From the NCBI GenBank assembly GCA_964383595.1, contig CAYLHL010000001.1, forward strand, positions 42,676 through 106,675: a DNA stretch of 64,000 nucleotides. Reading direction: 5' to 3'. The stretch comes from an uncultured Terracidiphilus sp. (GTDB lineage Bacteria > Acidobacteriota > Terriglobia > Terriglobales > Acidobacteriaceae). The notes under the pieces were generated by a model, which was given only the letters and a program-made list of their open reading frames with translations, was not told where the DNA came from and did no database searches. A program made the position numbers and the translations under genes. Of the stretch, positions 29,111 to 39,487 are shown piece by piece. Numbering within the stretch: the first letter of the stretch is position 1; every line of letters starts with the position of its first letter.

Positions 29111-30952
29111 ATGACAAAAGAGGAACTCTTAGACCGGCTTTCTGGTATCGAGTGGAACGACTGGGAGGTGAAGGAGGCTGCGCGCGACGTGCCGAACAGC
29201 GCGTATGAGTCTGTCTCAGCCTTCGCCAACACCGCTGGCGGTTACCTTGTTTTCGGCGCAAAGGAGAAGGGCGGCACATTCGAGGTTGTCGGAGTAATTG
29301 AAGTTGACAAGGTGCAGAGTGCGTTCCTGAACACTATCAGAAGTGGCCAAAAACTCAGCAAGATCATCGATGTTAACGAGAAGCTTATCGACTGCGACGG
29401 GGCGAGCGCACTCGTCTTTTATGTCCCGGAAGCGCCTCGCCGCGATAAGCCAATCTTCTTGAACGGCGATTTGCGAAAGTCGTTTGTCAGACGTGGCAGC
29501 TCAGATCAGCATTGCACTCCAGATCAGATCAAGGCCTTCTTGCGCGACGCGGATGAAACCCCGTTCGATTGTCACATCATCGATGACTTGAGCCTTGCAT
29601 CGAGCTTCAATAACAAATCAGTCACTTGGTACCGTTCGGTTTTCGCGACGCGAGGTCTGGCATACGACCCGAACGCGAGCGATGTCGACTTTCTTCACGC
29701 CAAGGGGTTCATCCAAGAGCGGGATGGCAAGCACTTCGCCACACGCGCCGCCATTCTTCTCTTCGGTTCGGAAGCCGCCGTGAGACAGGTACTCGGGCGC
29801 CCCCTGGTCATGTGCTACAAACAGTCAACGAATCGCGATGACCCACAGCCGGAGGAACGCTGGTTGGATCGTATTGTTCTCGAAGAGAACTTGGTCGAAA
29901 CTTGGCGCGCGATCAATGAATGGTATCTCCGGCACGCGGAGAAGCCGTTTTCTTTGGACTCAAAAACATTGCAGCGCATCGATGCACCGCCGGATCAGGA
30001 AGTCTTTCGCGAAGCAGCGGTCAATCTCCTTATCCATCAAGACTATTCGGATCGGTCCCGAATTCCTACGATCAAGTTCTTCCGCGATGCCGCAGTTTTC
30101 TATAATCCAGGACACGCATTTGCCAGCGACGCGGAACTTCTCTCCCCAGGGGACAAGGAAGTTCGCAATCAGCTCGTTCGCACGGCCTTCCGAATGGTCG
30201 GTTTCGGCGAGCAGGCCGGCACCGGTATTCCGGCAATGATGCGAGGCTGGCAGCGGCTCGGCTACCTTCCACCCAGAATTCGGAATGACAAAGAGCAACG
30301 CAGTTTTGAAGTGACCATGCTGCGAGAAATGCTCCTGTCGGATGAGCAGCTTTTCTTCCAGGGGAGTCTCGGAGTGTCTCTAACCAACGAGGAAGCCCGC
30401 TTATTCGCCTATGCCTGTCGCCAACAGCAGGTGAGTGAAGCTGAGGCTAAAACGGTGGTTTCCTTGTCTACCGGCGAGACTCGTAAGTTGTTGGAAAAAC
30501 TGGCAGTTCAAGCCCTATTGGCGGTTGCGCCAAGCGGCTCTCATTGGCTCGTGGCGGAGCATTTACGTGAACGCTTTGCAGGGCTGACCAAGCCGGCAGG
30601 GGAGCCGAACTTGGTCAGTGACCAACCTATAGAGAAATCGCTCAGCTTGGTCACTGACCAAGCTGAGTCCAAACGGGTCACACTTTCGGGCTTGACCGAG
30701 ATCCAGGTGCGGATACTTGTGTTGTGTGCCGCGCCGAGGAGACTCAAAAATCTTCTTGAAAACATGAAGGTTACGAACCGGACCTTCTTTCGGAGAACTC
30801 ATTTGAAGCCGTTACTTGACGGCGGGATTCTTCAACTCAGGTACCCTGAGAACCCCAACCACCCCTCCCAGACATACTTTCTCACTGAGGCGGGTCAACG
30901 GTTGCTTGAGAACCACCGGGCACGAGAGAAGGATCAGGAGAACGCAAAGTGA
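29111..30952 (+). CDS. AlbA_2/Schlafen-like + HATPase (RecG C-terminal-like) + winged HTH protein
   Basis: E.KEA..SAFANTAGGYLVFG, REAAVNLLIHQDY, GEQAGTG, C-terminal P.NPNHP.Q.Y.LT..G. Confidence 0.82.
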   Translation: MTKEELLDRLSGIEWNDWEVKEAARDVPNSAYESVSAFANTAGGYLVFGAKEKGGTFEVVGVIEVDKVQSAFLNTIRSGQKLSKIIDVNEKLIDCDGASALVFYVPEAPRRDKPIFLNGDLRKSFVRRGSSDQHCTPDQIKAFLRDADETPFDCHIIDDLSLASSFNNKSVTWYRSVFATRGLAYDPNASDVDFLHAKGFIQERDGKHFATRAAILLFGSEAAVRQVLGRPLVMCYKQSTNRDDPQPEERWLDRIVLEENLVETWRAINEWYLRHAEKPFSLDSKTLQRIDAPPDQEVFREAAVNLLIHQDYSDRSRIPTIKFFRDAAVFYNPGHAFASDAELLSPGDKEVRNQLVRTAFRMVGFGEQAGTGIPAMMRGWQRLGYLPPRIRNDKEQRSFEVTMLREMLLSDEQLFFQGSLGVSLTNEEARLFAYACRQQQVSEAEAKTVVSLSTGETRKLLEKLAVQALLAVAPSGSHWLVAEHLRERFAGLTKPAGEPNLVSDQPIEKSLSLVTDQAESKRVTLSGLTEIQVRILVLCAAPRRLKNLLENMKVTNRTFFRRTHLKPLLDGGILQLRYPENPNHPSQTYFLTEAGQRLLENHRAREKDQENAK

Positions 30953-33723
30953 GCAAAATGACGAGTGATAGCAAGCCCATGTTTATCGAGCCCTCTGAAG
31001 GCACGGTAGAGTGTCTCGGCCATACTTTCCCATCTGAGGATGCCCGCCGTGCGCACTTTCTGACGATCTTGAAGGCAAGACTGAAGGACCCAGAGTTCCG
31101 GAGAACACAGGGCTTTCCGACTGGCTCTGATGAAGACATACTCCGCCTCTCTGACCCGCCATACTTTACTGCGTGTCCTAATCCCTTCATGGAAGACTTC
31201 GTTCGCTGTTACGGCAAGCCTTATGATCCGGCAATCCCGTATCTTCGGAAGCCATTTGCGGTAGATGTTAGCGAAGGAAAATCAGACGCGATATATACGG
31301 CACACTCCTATCACACGAAAGTGCCGCACAAGGCTATCATGCGCGCTATTCTCCACTACTCCGAGCCTGGCGATTTGGTGTTGGATGGGTTTGCTGGCTC
31401 AGGAATGACGGGGGTTGCCGCACAATCATGCGGAGCGCCGGATGCCGCGTTCAGAAATCTCATGGAAGAGGAGTGGCGAATCGCCGGCGATTCATTCCCC
31501 AAGTGGGGTGCACGCCGGGCAATTCTTGGCGATCTGGCGCCTGCAGCAACATTCATAGCTGGTAATTATGCCACGCCATTCGATCTGGAATCGTTCCAAA
31601 TCCAAGCACAGCGGATATTGCAAGAACTCCGAGCCGAGATCGGCTGGATGTATGAAACGATTCATGCGCAAAACAAGAAGACCGGCTCTATTAACTATAC
31701 AGTTTGGAGTGAGGTCTTCTCATGCCCGAACTGCGGTGGCGAGGTGGTGTTTCTAGAGGAGGCATTGGACCAGGAAACCGATAAGGTAAGAGAGCACTTC
31801 CCTTGTCCGAAATGTTCGTCAGAGCTTACAAAGGACAGTCTTCAACGAATGATGGAGACCTTGATCGACGCCGCAACCGGAAGAACTTGGGAGCGTATAC
31901 GGCTTGTACCGGTATTGATCAACTATACCGTGGGGGGGAAAAGGTACGAAAAGAAGCCTGACAACCACGACCTTAATGTCCTACAGAGGGTTGCAGCGAT
32001 GAAACTTCCTCCTGGCGTCCCAGTTAACGCGTTCCCTATTGATACGATGTATCACGGTTCACGATTGGCCCCAAAGGGTTTCACAAATATCCACCATATG
32101 TACCTGCCACGCGCTGCGCAGGCGCTTGGTCTGCTTTGGGAGAAGATTCAAACCGTTTCAGACAGACGCCTTCGTTTGATCCTTTCCTTTTGGTTCGACA
32201 GTCATGTTGTTAACCTGTCCATCCAGAACAGGTATAGGCCAGGAGTAAGTTTCCCGTATAACCCATTGACGGGGGTATACTACGTACCATCACAAGTGAG
32301 TGATGCGAACCCCTTTATTGCTTACGAGAACAAACTCTTAAGGATTCTCACTGCATTTCGGGGTTATCGCCCGTCTGCCGGCCTGACCATCGTTACAACG
32401 GCTGACTGTGCTTTTGGCCTAACTATAGACCCAAACACCATAGACTACATCTTTACCGATCCGCCATTTGGCGAGAATATTTACTACGCTGACTTGAACT
32501 TCATGGTTGAGTCATGGTATCGAATCTTCACTGACTCCAAAAACGAAGCAATCGTAGACAAGACTAAGGATAAGAATCTGCTTATGTACGAGCGATTGAT
32601 GGAGTCTTGTCTCAGAGAATACTACCGAGTACTTAAACCTGGCAGATGGATGACGATGGTGTTTCACAACTCTAGCAACTCTGTTTGGGCAGCCATCCAA
32701 GAGGCTCTTACAGGTGCTGGTTTTGTGGTTGCCGATGTGCGCACACTTGACAAGCAGCAGGGCTCATACCGACAAGTCACTAGCACAGCTGTGAAGCAAG
32801 ATCTGGTCATATCGGCCTACAAGCCAAACGGAGGTCTTGAAGGGCGATTCGAGCTCGAAAAGGGGACGGAGGATGGTGTCTGGGATTTTGTACGGACACA
32901 CCTGCGGCAGTTGCCGGCGTTTGTTGCGAAGGACTCTAACGTCGAAGTTGTCGTGGAGAGACAAGCATTCCTTCTTTTTGATCGAATGGTTGCATTTCAT
33001 GTCCAGAGGAGTGTGGTAGTTCCGCTATCTGTCGGAGAGTTTTTTGCTGGGCTCTCACAACGATTTCCTGAGCGCGATGGAATGTATTTTCTTCCGGAAC
33101 AGGTTGCCGAGTACGACCAAAAGAGGATGACGGCGAACGAAGTAAGGCAGCTAGAGATATTCGTTCGGAATGAGAAAAGTGCCATCCAGTGGCTCCGTCA
33201 GCAGCTCCAAGATAAACCTCAAACATTCCAGGATATTCATCCGCAATTCATGCGTGAGATTGCCGGCTGGGAGAAACACGAAAGCCCCGTGGAGCTGCGC
33301 GATCTTTTGGAGCAGAATTTCTTGCTGTACGATGGGCTGGACGAAGTGCCCAGCCAGATTCACCGCTACCTCTCGACAAACTTCCACGATCTGCGCAATC
33401 TTGCAAAGGATGCTCCAGCATTACGAGCTAAGGCGAGGGACCGGTACTATGTCCCCGATCCGACAAAAGAGGCAGATGTCCAGAAGAGTAGGGAAAAGGC
33501 ACTGCTCCGCGAATTTGGCGAGTATCGTGCGACGACTCAGAAGAAACTCAAGGTATTCAGACTTGAGGCGATTCGGACCGGCTTCCGCTCGGCTTGGCAG
33601 CAGAACGACTACGACGCCATTTTGGGTGTAGCGGAGAAGATCCCTGAGGATGTGCTCCAAGAGGATGCCATGTTGCTCATGTGGTATACGAACAGCCTGA
33701 TTCGAACTGGGCGAGGCGCATAG
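30949..33723 (+). CDS. pglXI: BREX-3 DNA methyltransferase PglXI
   Basis: AHSYHTKVPH, motif I LDGFAGSGMTG, Zn finger CPNC/CPKC, motif IV DYIFTDPPF. Confidence 0.85.
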   Translation: MSKMTSDSKPMFIEPSEGTVECLGHTFPSEDARRAHFLTILKARLKDPEFRRTQGFPTGSDEDILRLSDPPYFTACPNPFMEDFVRCYGKPYDPAIPYLRKPFAVDVSEGKSDAIYTAHSYHTKVPHKAIMRAILHYSEPGDLVLDGFAGSGMTGVAAQSCGAPDAAFRNLMEEEWRIAGDSFPKWGARRAILGDLAPAATFIAGNYATPFDLESFQIQAQRILQELRAEIGWMYETIHAQNKKTGSINYTVWSEVFSCPNCGGEVVFLEEALDQETDKVREHFPCPKCSSELTKDSLQRMMETLIDAATGRTWERIRLVPVLINYTVGGKRYEKKPDNHDLNVLQRVAAMKLPPGVPVNAFPIDTMYHGSRLAPKGFTNIHHMYLPRAAQALGLLWEKIQTVSDRRLRLILSFWFDSHVVNLSIQNRYRPGVSFPYNPLTGVYYVPSQVSDANPFIAYENKLLRILTAFRGYRPSAGLTIVTTADCAFGLTIDPNTIDYIFTDPPFGENIYYADLNFMVESWYRIFTDSKNEAIVDKTKDKNLLMYERLMESCLREYYRVLKPGRWMTMVFHNSSNSVWAAIQEALTGAGFVVADVRTLDKQQGSYRQVTSTAVKQDLVISAYKPNGGLEGRFELEKGTEDGVWDFVRTHLRQLPAFVAKDSNVEVVVERQAFLLFDRMVAFHVQRSVVVPLSVGEFFAGLSQRFPERDGMYFLPEQVAEYDQKRMTANEVRQLEIFVRNEKSAIQWLRQQLQDKPQTFQDIHPQFMREIAGWEKHESPVELRDLLEQNFLLYDGLDEVPSQIHRYLSTNFHDLRNLAKDAPALRAKARDRYYVPDPTKEADVQKSREKALLREFGEYRATTQKKLKVFRLEAIRTGFRSAWQQNDYDAILGVAEKIPEDVLQEDAMLLMWYTNSLIRTGRGA

Positions 33724-33743
33724 AAGGCGCCGATGGGAATCGA

Positions 33744-36539
33744 ATGCAATTTTCAGGCGGAGAGTGGCTTTACGACGAAGGCCGGCGCTTACGGTGTCAG
33801 GTGCTGGAGCGTGCCGATACATGGGGGCATACAGCGGTAAGGGTCTGGTATCCGGAAGCTCAGACTATCCAGCTTGTCGCCCCTGAACAACTGAAGCCAA
33901 TCGAAGATCTCCGAACCAGTTCGCAGGAGATCGCCTATATCACCGCCGCCGCTAAAGTTGCAGACGCGCTCGATGAGAACATTCTTCTGGCGCCAATTGA
34001 ATCATCGGTGATCCCTCTTCCCCACCAGATTCTCGCTTTGCTAAAGGCCGTCTCCTCAGACCGTATACGGTTGCTACTGGCTGACGAAGTGGGGCTGGGC
34101 AAAACAATCGAGGCTGGTCTGATCATAAAGGAACTGAAGCTGCGTGGATTGATACGCCGCATTCTTGTCGTCGCACCGAAGGGTTTGGTGAGCCAGTGGG
34201 CGGCCGAGATGCGGACGCATTTCGGTGAAGACTTCCGACTCCTCCTGCCGGGTGACTTCCCGGCCTTTCGTCGCGTCGCTGGTCAGGACAACGTCTGGAG
34301 GATGTACGACCAGATTATCTGCCCTATGGACGCAGTGAAACCCATTGATAGTCGGCGTGGCTGGTCGAAAGAGCAGCTCGCCGAGTACAACCGAGACCGG
34401 TTCGAAGACTTGATGGCGGCAAACTGGGATCTGATCGTGATCGACGAAGCGCACCGCCTGGGAGGGATGACGGATCAGGTAGCGAGATTCAGACTCGGTC
34501 AGGGGCTTGCTGAATCCGCACCGTACCTTCTTCTTCTGACCGCTACTCCACACCAAGGTAAGACGGATGCCTTTCATCGCCTAGTTTCGCTTCTCGACAA
34601 GACGGCATTCCCAGATTCTGGTTCGGTCAGTCGCGAGCGGCTGGAGCCCTATTTGGTCCGAACCGAGAAGCGTAAAGCCATCGACGCACAGGGCAATCCG
34701 CTGTTCAAACCAAGGCGGACGCAGTTGGTGCCCGTCCGCTGGAACGAGCGCCACGTGCTCCAGCGACAACTCTACGAAGCTATTTCGGAGTACGTTCGAA
34801 TCGGCTATAACCAGGCGATACGGGAGAAGAAAAACTATGTTGGCTTTCTGCTGATCTTGATGCAGCGGCTTGTCACTTCCTCGACACGCGCGATCCGGAC
34901 GACACTTGAGCGTAGGCTGGAGATGCTTCAGATGCCGGAAGAACAGTTGTCGCTTTTCCCGCAGGGATTCGACGACGACTGGCCGGACATGGATGGCCAA
35001 GAGCAGATTGAGATGCTGCTCCACATGCGAACCAAGGCGCTGCGGAATGAACGTGCCGAAGTGCAATTGCTGCTCGACCTTGCAAAGCGTGCAGATGCGA
35101 CCAGCGCAGACGCTAAGGCTGAGGCGCTGCTCGATTGGATCTACCAGTTGCAGCAGGAAGAATCCGATCCTGACCTGAAAGTCTTGCTGTTCACAGAGTT
35201 CGTGCCATCCCAGGAAATGCTTCGGAGCTTTCTTGCGGAACGGGGCTTCTCGGTTGCGTGTTTGAATGGCAGCATGGATTTGGATGCGCGCAAGCAGGTT
35301 CTTGAGGCGTTTGCGGGCGACGTACGCATCTTGGTGTCCACCGATGCAGGCGGAGAAGGCTTGAACCTTCAGTTCTGTCACGTGGTGGTCAACTTCGACA
35401 TCCCATGGAATCCGATGCGGCTTGAACAACGCATCGGCCGCGTGGATCGAATCGGACAGGGGCACATGGTTCGGGCGCTGAACCTTGTTCTGGAGGACAC
35501 CGTCGAATTCCGCGTGCGTGAGGTTTTGGAGGAGAAGCTGGCAGTCATTCTACGCGATTTCGGCGTCGACAAGACCGGCGATGTGCTCGATTCCGCCGAA
35601 GCTGGAGAGATCTTCGACGAGCTGTACAGGGACGCCATCCTGGACCCTGTTGCCGTCGAGAGTAAAGTGGACTCGGTTCTGGCAAAGGTCCGAGCGCAAG
35701 CAGATGCCATGCGGCAAAGCACGAGTCTGCTTGCCCAAACGGTGGCGCTGAGTCCGTCAGAGGCACAACGACTGTTAGGTCATCCGCTACCCTACTGGGT
35801 TGAAAAGATGACGGTGAATTATCTTGAAACTTGCGGTGGCAAGGCAGAGAAGGCCAAGGCTGGCTGGAAGTTACAATGGCCCGATGGAACGACCACGCCA
35901 CACGCCGTTTTCACCGTTGCAGACGCGGAGATCCACCCGTCGGCAGCTCATTTGACGCTAGAAGACTCACAGATCCGCAGCATTGCTACGCGCGTGCCAC
36001 GCTTCGTGCCTGGCCAGCCTATTCCATCTATCGAGGTAACCGGAATCCCATGGGAAATCCGAGGGTATTGGTCTCTGTGGACCGTCGGAGTTCGTAGTCC
36101 CGAATGGTGCAAGGAGCGGATACTCGCGTTGTTTTTGCACGACGATGGGCGCGTGTTGTTTCCAACTGCGCGGCACATATGGACGTTGCTGCTGGATCAA
36201 TCACCAACTCCTCGCAGCTACTTGGATGGAGGCGAGTCCACGAGGGTCTTCGCGGTAGCAACAACCGCCGCTGAGTCTCATGGCCATCCTCTCTATGAGG
36301 AACTGTTGCGGTTCCATCATGGCCAACTCGATAAAGAGAGAGAGAAAAAACGGTATGCCTTTGATGCCCAGCGCCGCGTGATCGAGCGGATCGGTCTGCC
36401 TGCCGTCCGCCAGCATCGCCTAAATGAAATTTCCCGTGAGGAAGCGGCATGGGGCATCGAGTCGGAATCGCGTGACCAAGTCCATCCAGAGCTTGTTCCG
36501 CGGTTGATAATTCGTGTGGAGGGTCTTGGCAATGGGTGA
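33744..36539 (+). CDS. brxHII: BREX-3 SNF2-family helicase BrxHII
   Basis: LLADEVGLGKT, DEAH, LTATP, STDAGGEGLNLQ, EQRIGRVDRIGQ. Confidence 0.87.
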   Translation: MQFSGGEWLYDEGRRLRCQVLERADTWGHTAVRVWYPEAQTIQLVAPEQLKPIEDLRTSSQEIAYITAAAKVADALDENILLAPIESSVIPLPHQILALLKAVSSDRIRLLLADEVGLGKTIEAGLIIKELKLRGLIRRILVVAPKGLVSQWAAEMRTHFGEDFRLLLPGDFPAFRRVAGQDNVWRMYDQIICPMDAVKPIDSRRGWSKEQLAEYNRDRFEDLMAANWDLIVIDEAHRLGGMTDQVARFRLGQGLAESAPYLLLLTATPHQGKTDAFHRLVSLLDKTAFPDSGSVSRERLEPYLVRTEKRKAIDAQGNPLFKPRRTQLVPVRWNERHVLQRQLYEAISEYVRIGYNQAIREKKNYVGFLLILMQRLVTSSTRAIRTTLERRLEMLQMPEEQLSLFPQGFDDDWPDMDGQEQIEMLLHMRTKALRNERAEVQLLLDLAKRADATSADAKAEALLDWIYQLQQEESDPDLKVLLFTEFVPSQEMLRSFLAERGFSVACLNGSMDLDARKQVLEAFAGDVRILVSTDAGGEGLNLQFCHVVVNFDIPWNPMRLEQRIGRVDRIGQGHMVRALNLVLEDTVEFRVREVLEEKLAVILRDFGVDKTGDVLDSAEAGEIFDELYRDAILDPVAVESKVDSVLAKVRAQADAMRQSTSLLAQTVALSPSEAQRLLGHPLPYWVEKMTVNYLETCGGKAEKAKAGWKLQWPDGTTTPHAVFTVADAEIHPSAAHLTLEDSQIRSIATRVPRFVPGQPIPSIEVTGIPWEIRGYWSLWTVGVRSPEWCKERILALFLHDDGRVLFPTARHIWTLLLDQSPTPRSYLDGGESTRVFAVATTAAESHGHPLYEELLRFHHGQLDKEREKKRYAFDAQRRVIERIGLPAVRQHRLNEISREEAAWGIESESRDQVHPELVPRLIIRVEGLGNG

Positions 36540-38508
36540 CTGGCGTGAACAGATCCTGAAAGAGTTTGCGGTGGGGGTCAAGCCGATAACGGCCGTTGCC
36601 GATCCGGATAAATTGCTTACGGAACCTTTCCTCAGCCAGGCTCTCGCCGAACGAGGTTTCGAGTCGCTCTTATTAGAAGATTCGATCTCTTTCCGGTTTG
36701 CTTACGAGTCCCGCTTCCGCTCTCGGTTGGATTCAGACGAACACATGGATCTGATAGTCCTCGTAGGCGATGGCGCCTCTTCCCTTGCGAAGGTGCCGTT
36801 TGACGTTCTCGCTAAGGCGCAGAAGCTCTCATTTTCACTCGCGGACGTGTTCCCACAGTTTAGTTACCCAGTGCTCCGCGCCCTGGAGCCGCAGTATTTT
36901 GATCTGTTGTACGATGCCCAGCGTCGTTTCAGCCCCGGAATACTGGGCGAGAATGCCACAAAGGATTTCATCCTGCGGCATGTCTTTGAGATCGCGGCGG
37001 AGTTGATTAAGTCTGATGCTGACATCCTCCGGATGTTATTACGCCGACACTATCGCCTTCAGTCGATACCGCCAGTGTTCGTGGAGCGGCTCGTGCAGGT
37101 TCTTAATCAAGATGGATGCTTTGCGGGGTGGCCACTCAGAGGACTCCTCACTGACCGCAGTCTGTTCTATGCGTTTCTGCAGGAGCGTTGGCCAGTGTTC
37201 CTTGACCAATTGAGCGACAGGACTGAATCCCGAGAAGCTTCCTTAACTGTAGATGGCCCGACACATCTTCCTTTCGAGCACCCTGACATTCGGGTTTACA
37301 TCGACAACCTTTTCGTAGAGGGATTGCTGCAGCCTGTCGCGTGGGCAGGGATTCCTCAAGCATGGGCCGCAGCGGGTGTACGCCGCGATCCGCAACATGA
37401 CCGGGATCGTCGCTTCCGAGCACTTCTCGATGTCGCGGAACGTGAATTGCCGGAGGACGACGCACGGCACGGTGCCTGGCTTTCCTTTGCCAGAATCTGG
37501 GCGGAATTGAATCTGCTGGTTTCCGAAGTAGGTGCTGGTTCCGCCCCAGACGTTGCGACGCGAGTCCTCAACATTCGCGGAGAGGTCGACGTACGTTTTA
37601 GTCAGTGGCTCCAAAAGCGCTTCGGCAGCCTTTACAGCTTACCGTCGAGCCCGCCAGTGATGGTGCATCACATCGCGCGCTTCCTCTCCGCGCAACGCGA
37701 TAACGTAGCTAAGGTTGCCCTTGTTGTTGTGGACGGACTGGCATTTGACCAGTGGCTAACCGTGCAGCAAGAAATCAGCCAGCAGCGCCCGGCGTGGCGA
37801 TTCGAAGAAAGCGCAACATTCGCATGGGTGCCAACCATCACGAGTGTTTCCCGGCAGGCAATCTTTGCCGGGAAAGCGCCGCTCTATTTCCCGTCGAGCA
37901 TCTTCTCAACCGGCAGGGAAGCAAGCCTCTGGGAGCAATTCTGGGTGGATCATGGCTTGGCAAGTCCCGAGATCGCCTATTTGAAAGGCTTGGGAGACCT
38001 ACCAGCACTCGAAGCGGTCGAAGAAACATTATCAGAGCCCAAGCTCAAAGTCATCGGAGCGGTAGTGGATAAGGTCGACCGTATCATGCACGGCATGGAG
38101 TTAGGTGCTGCGGGAATGCAAAGCCAGGTGCGACAGTGGGCGGCAGAAGGATTCCTGACTGCACTCTTGGATCTGTTACTCTCAAACGGATTCGTTGTGT
38201 TTCTGACCGCGGATCACGGCAATGTTGAGTCCGTTGGCTGCGGAAGGCCGAACGAAGGGGTCACGGCTGACATTCGTGGAGAACGCGCGAGGATTTACTC
38301 CGATCCTGTACTACGCGCCAATGTCGCGGCCAGATTTCCGGCTGCCATTTCGTGGAAACCTACTGGGCTTCCGGAGGATTTCTTGCCTCTTTTGTCCGCT
38401 GACCGAAGCGCTTTTGTGTCAGATGGTTATCGGACTGTTGCTCATGGCGGCATTACGCTAGAAGAGACAATTGTTCCATTCATTCGGCTTGTGGGAGGAA
38501 GGTCTTGA
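36532..38508 (+). CDS. pglZ: BREX-3 phosphatase PglZ
   Basis: VVDGL, PTITSVSRQAIF, DRIMH, TADHGN, HGGITLEE. Confidence 0.92.
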   Translation: MGDWREQILKEFAVGVKPITAVADPDKLLTEPFLSQALAERGFESLLLEDSISFRFAYESRFRSRLDSDEHMDLIVLVGDGASSLAKVPFDVLAKAQKLSFSLADVFPQFSYPVLRALEPQYFDLLYDAQRRFSPGILGENATKDFILRHVFEIAAELIKSDADILRMLLRRHYRLQSIPPVFVERLVQVLNQDGCFAGWPLRGLLTDRSLFYAFLQERWPVFLDQLSDRTESREASLTVDGPTHLPFEHPDIRVYIDNLFVEGLLQPVAWAGIPQAWAAAGVRRDPQHDRDRRFRALLDVAERELPEDDARHGAWLSFARIWAELNLLVSEVGAGSAPDVATRVLNIRGEVDVRFSQWLQKRFGSLYSLPSSPPVMVHHIARFLSAQRDNVAKVALVVVDGLAFDQWLTVQQEISQQRPAWRFEESATFAWVPTITSVSRQAIFAGKAPLYFPSSIFSTGREASLWEQFWVDHGLASPEIAYLKGLGDLPALEAVEETLSEPKLKVIGAVVDKVDRIMHGMELGAAGMQSQVRQWAAEGFLTALLDLLLSNGFVVFLTADHGNVESVGCGRPNEGVTADIRGERARIYSDPVLRANVAARFPAAISWKPTGLPEDFLPLLSADRSAFVSDGYRTVAHGGITLEETIVPFIRLVGGRS

Positions 38509-39257
38509 TCGATCGCCAGCGCATCATCGGATATAACCGGACCGTCAAACTACGTTGGCTGGATGAGACGCTGGACCTCTTGCTGGCAGGCATGTCCGAC
38601 GCAGACATCTACGCGGCACTGCGTGAACGGCTGAAGGACGAACTCTCCGTGGGCAGCAAAGCTCTGCGTGGTAGTCGGGAGAAAACGATCACGCTTCTCA
38701 TGAAGACCTGGGTCCGCGTGCCGCTACCGCTGCGAGAGTTGCGGAAAGATGGCATTCATCTCTTGCAGGGAACGCGCCGTTCAGAAAGGCTGCCGCTGCA
38801 TTGGGGCATGACGATGGCTGTCTATCCGTTTTGGCGAGTAGTAGCGGATGTGACAGGCCGGCTGTTCCGGCTCCAGGGAACTGCTGCTCCGACGCAAGTT
38901 CAGCGACGAGTCAAGGAGTTGTTAGGTGAGAGAGAAGCGGTTGCAAGATCCACGCGGTACGTCCTACGAGCTTTTGCAGATTGGGGCGTGATCGCCGATT
39001 CTGGTCGAAGCGGGGAGTATTCCCTAGCACCCCCGTTCCCAGTGGTGGACTCGAAGTTGGTTGCATGGCTCCTAGAATCCGCAGTTCTGTCGGCTCCGGA
39101 CGGTGTCTCTGACTTTCGCAGTCTGGTAAACGGTCCGGGGCTGTTCCCTTTCCAGATCGACCGAATCGTTCCGGAGCAGCTCGCCGCGTCAGGCCGTTTG
39201 GAGGTTGTCCGGCATAGCCTTGAGGAGACAGTCGTTCGCGTCCGCAAGTCTGCGTGA
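38505..39257 (+). CDS. brxA: BREX-3 BrxA-like protein
   Basis: Last gene of the locus, overlaps pglZ stop; LHWGM....YPFW. Confidence 0.65.
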   Translation: MIDRQRIIGYNRTVKLRWLDETLDLLLAGMSDADIYAALRERLKDELSVGSKALRGSREKTITLLMKTWVRVPLPLRELRKDGIHLLQGTRRSERLPLHWGMTMAVYPFWRVVADVTGRLFRLQGTAAPTQVQRRVKELLGEREAVARSTRYVLRAFADWGVIADSGRSGEYSLAPPFPVVDSKLVAWLLESAVLSAPDGVSDFRSLVNGPGLFPFQIDRIVPEQLAASGRLEVVRHSLEETVVRVRKSA

Positions 39258-39487
39258 AGGGTAATGATACCGGCCGCGAGTACAATCAGATGACCACAAA
39301 ACGACTCCTGCTTAGAAAGCGGTAAAGTAATCAGTAGAACAGGCAAACCAGTGCCAACGGTTTGCAGTCAATACCAAAGGCATTGAGCAGAAATGCGTCC
39401 TCCTGAAGCACCTTGATCGTCTTCCTCTCGGCACTGTCTGTGATTGCATTCATTGCACATCTCTTCCTTATCGAGAAGTTGTCCCGT

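Noticed and set aside
32013..32021. TGGCGTCCC match to the att core
   Set aside because: 9 bp inside the methylase CDS; expected by chance
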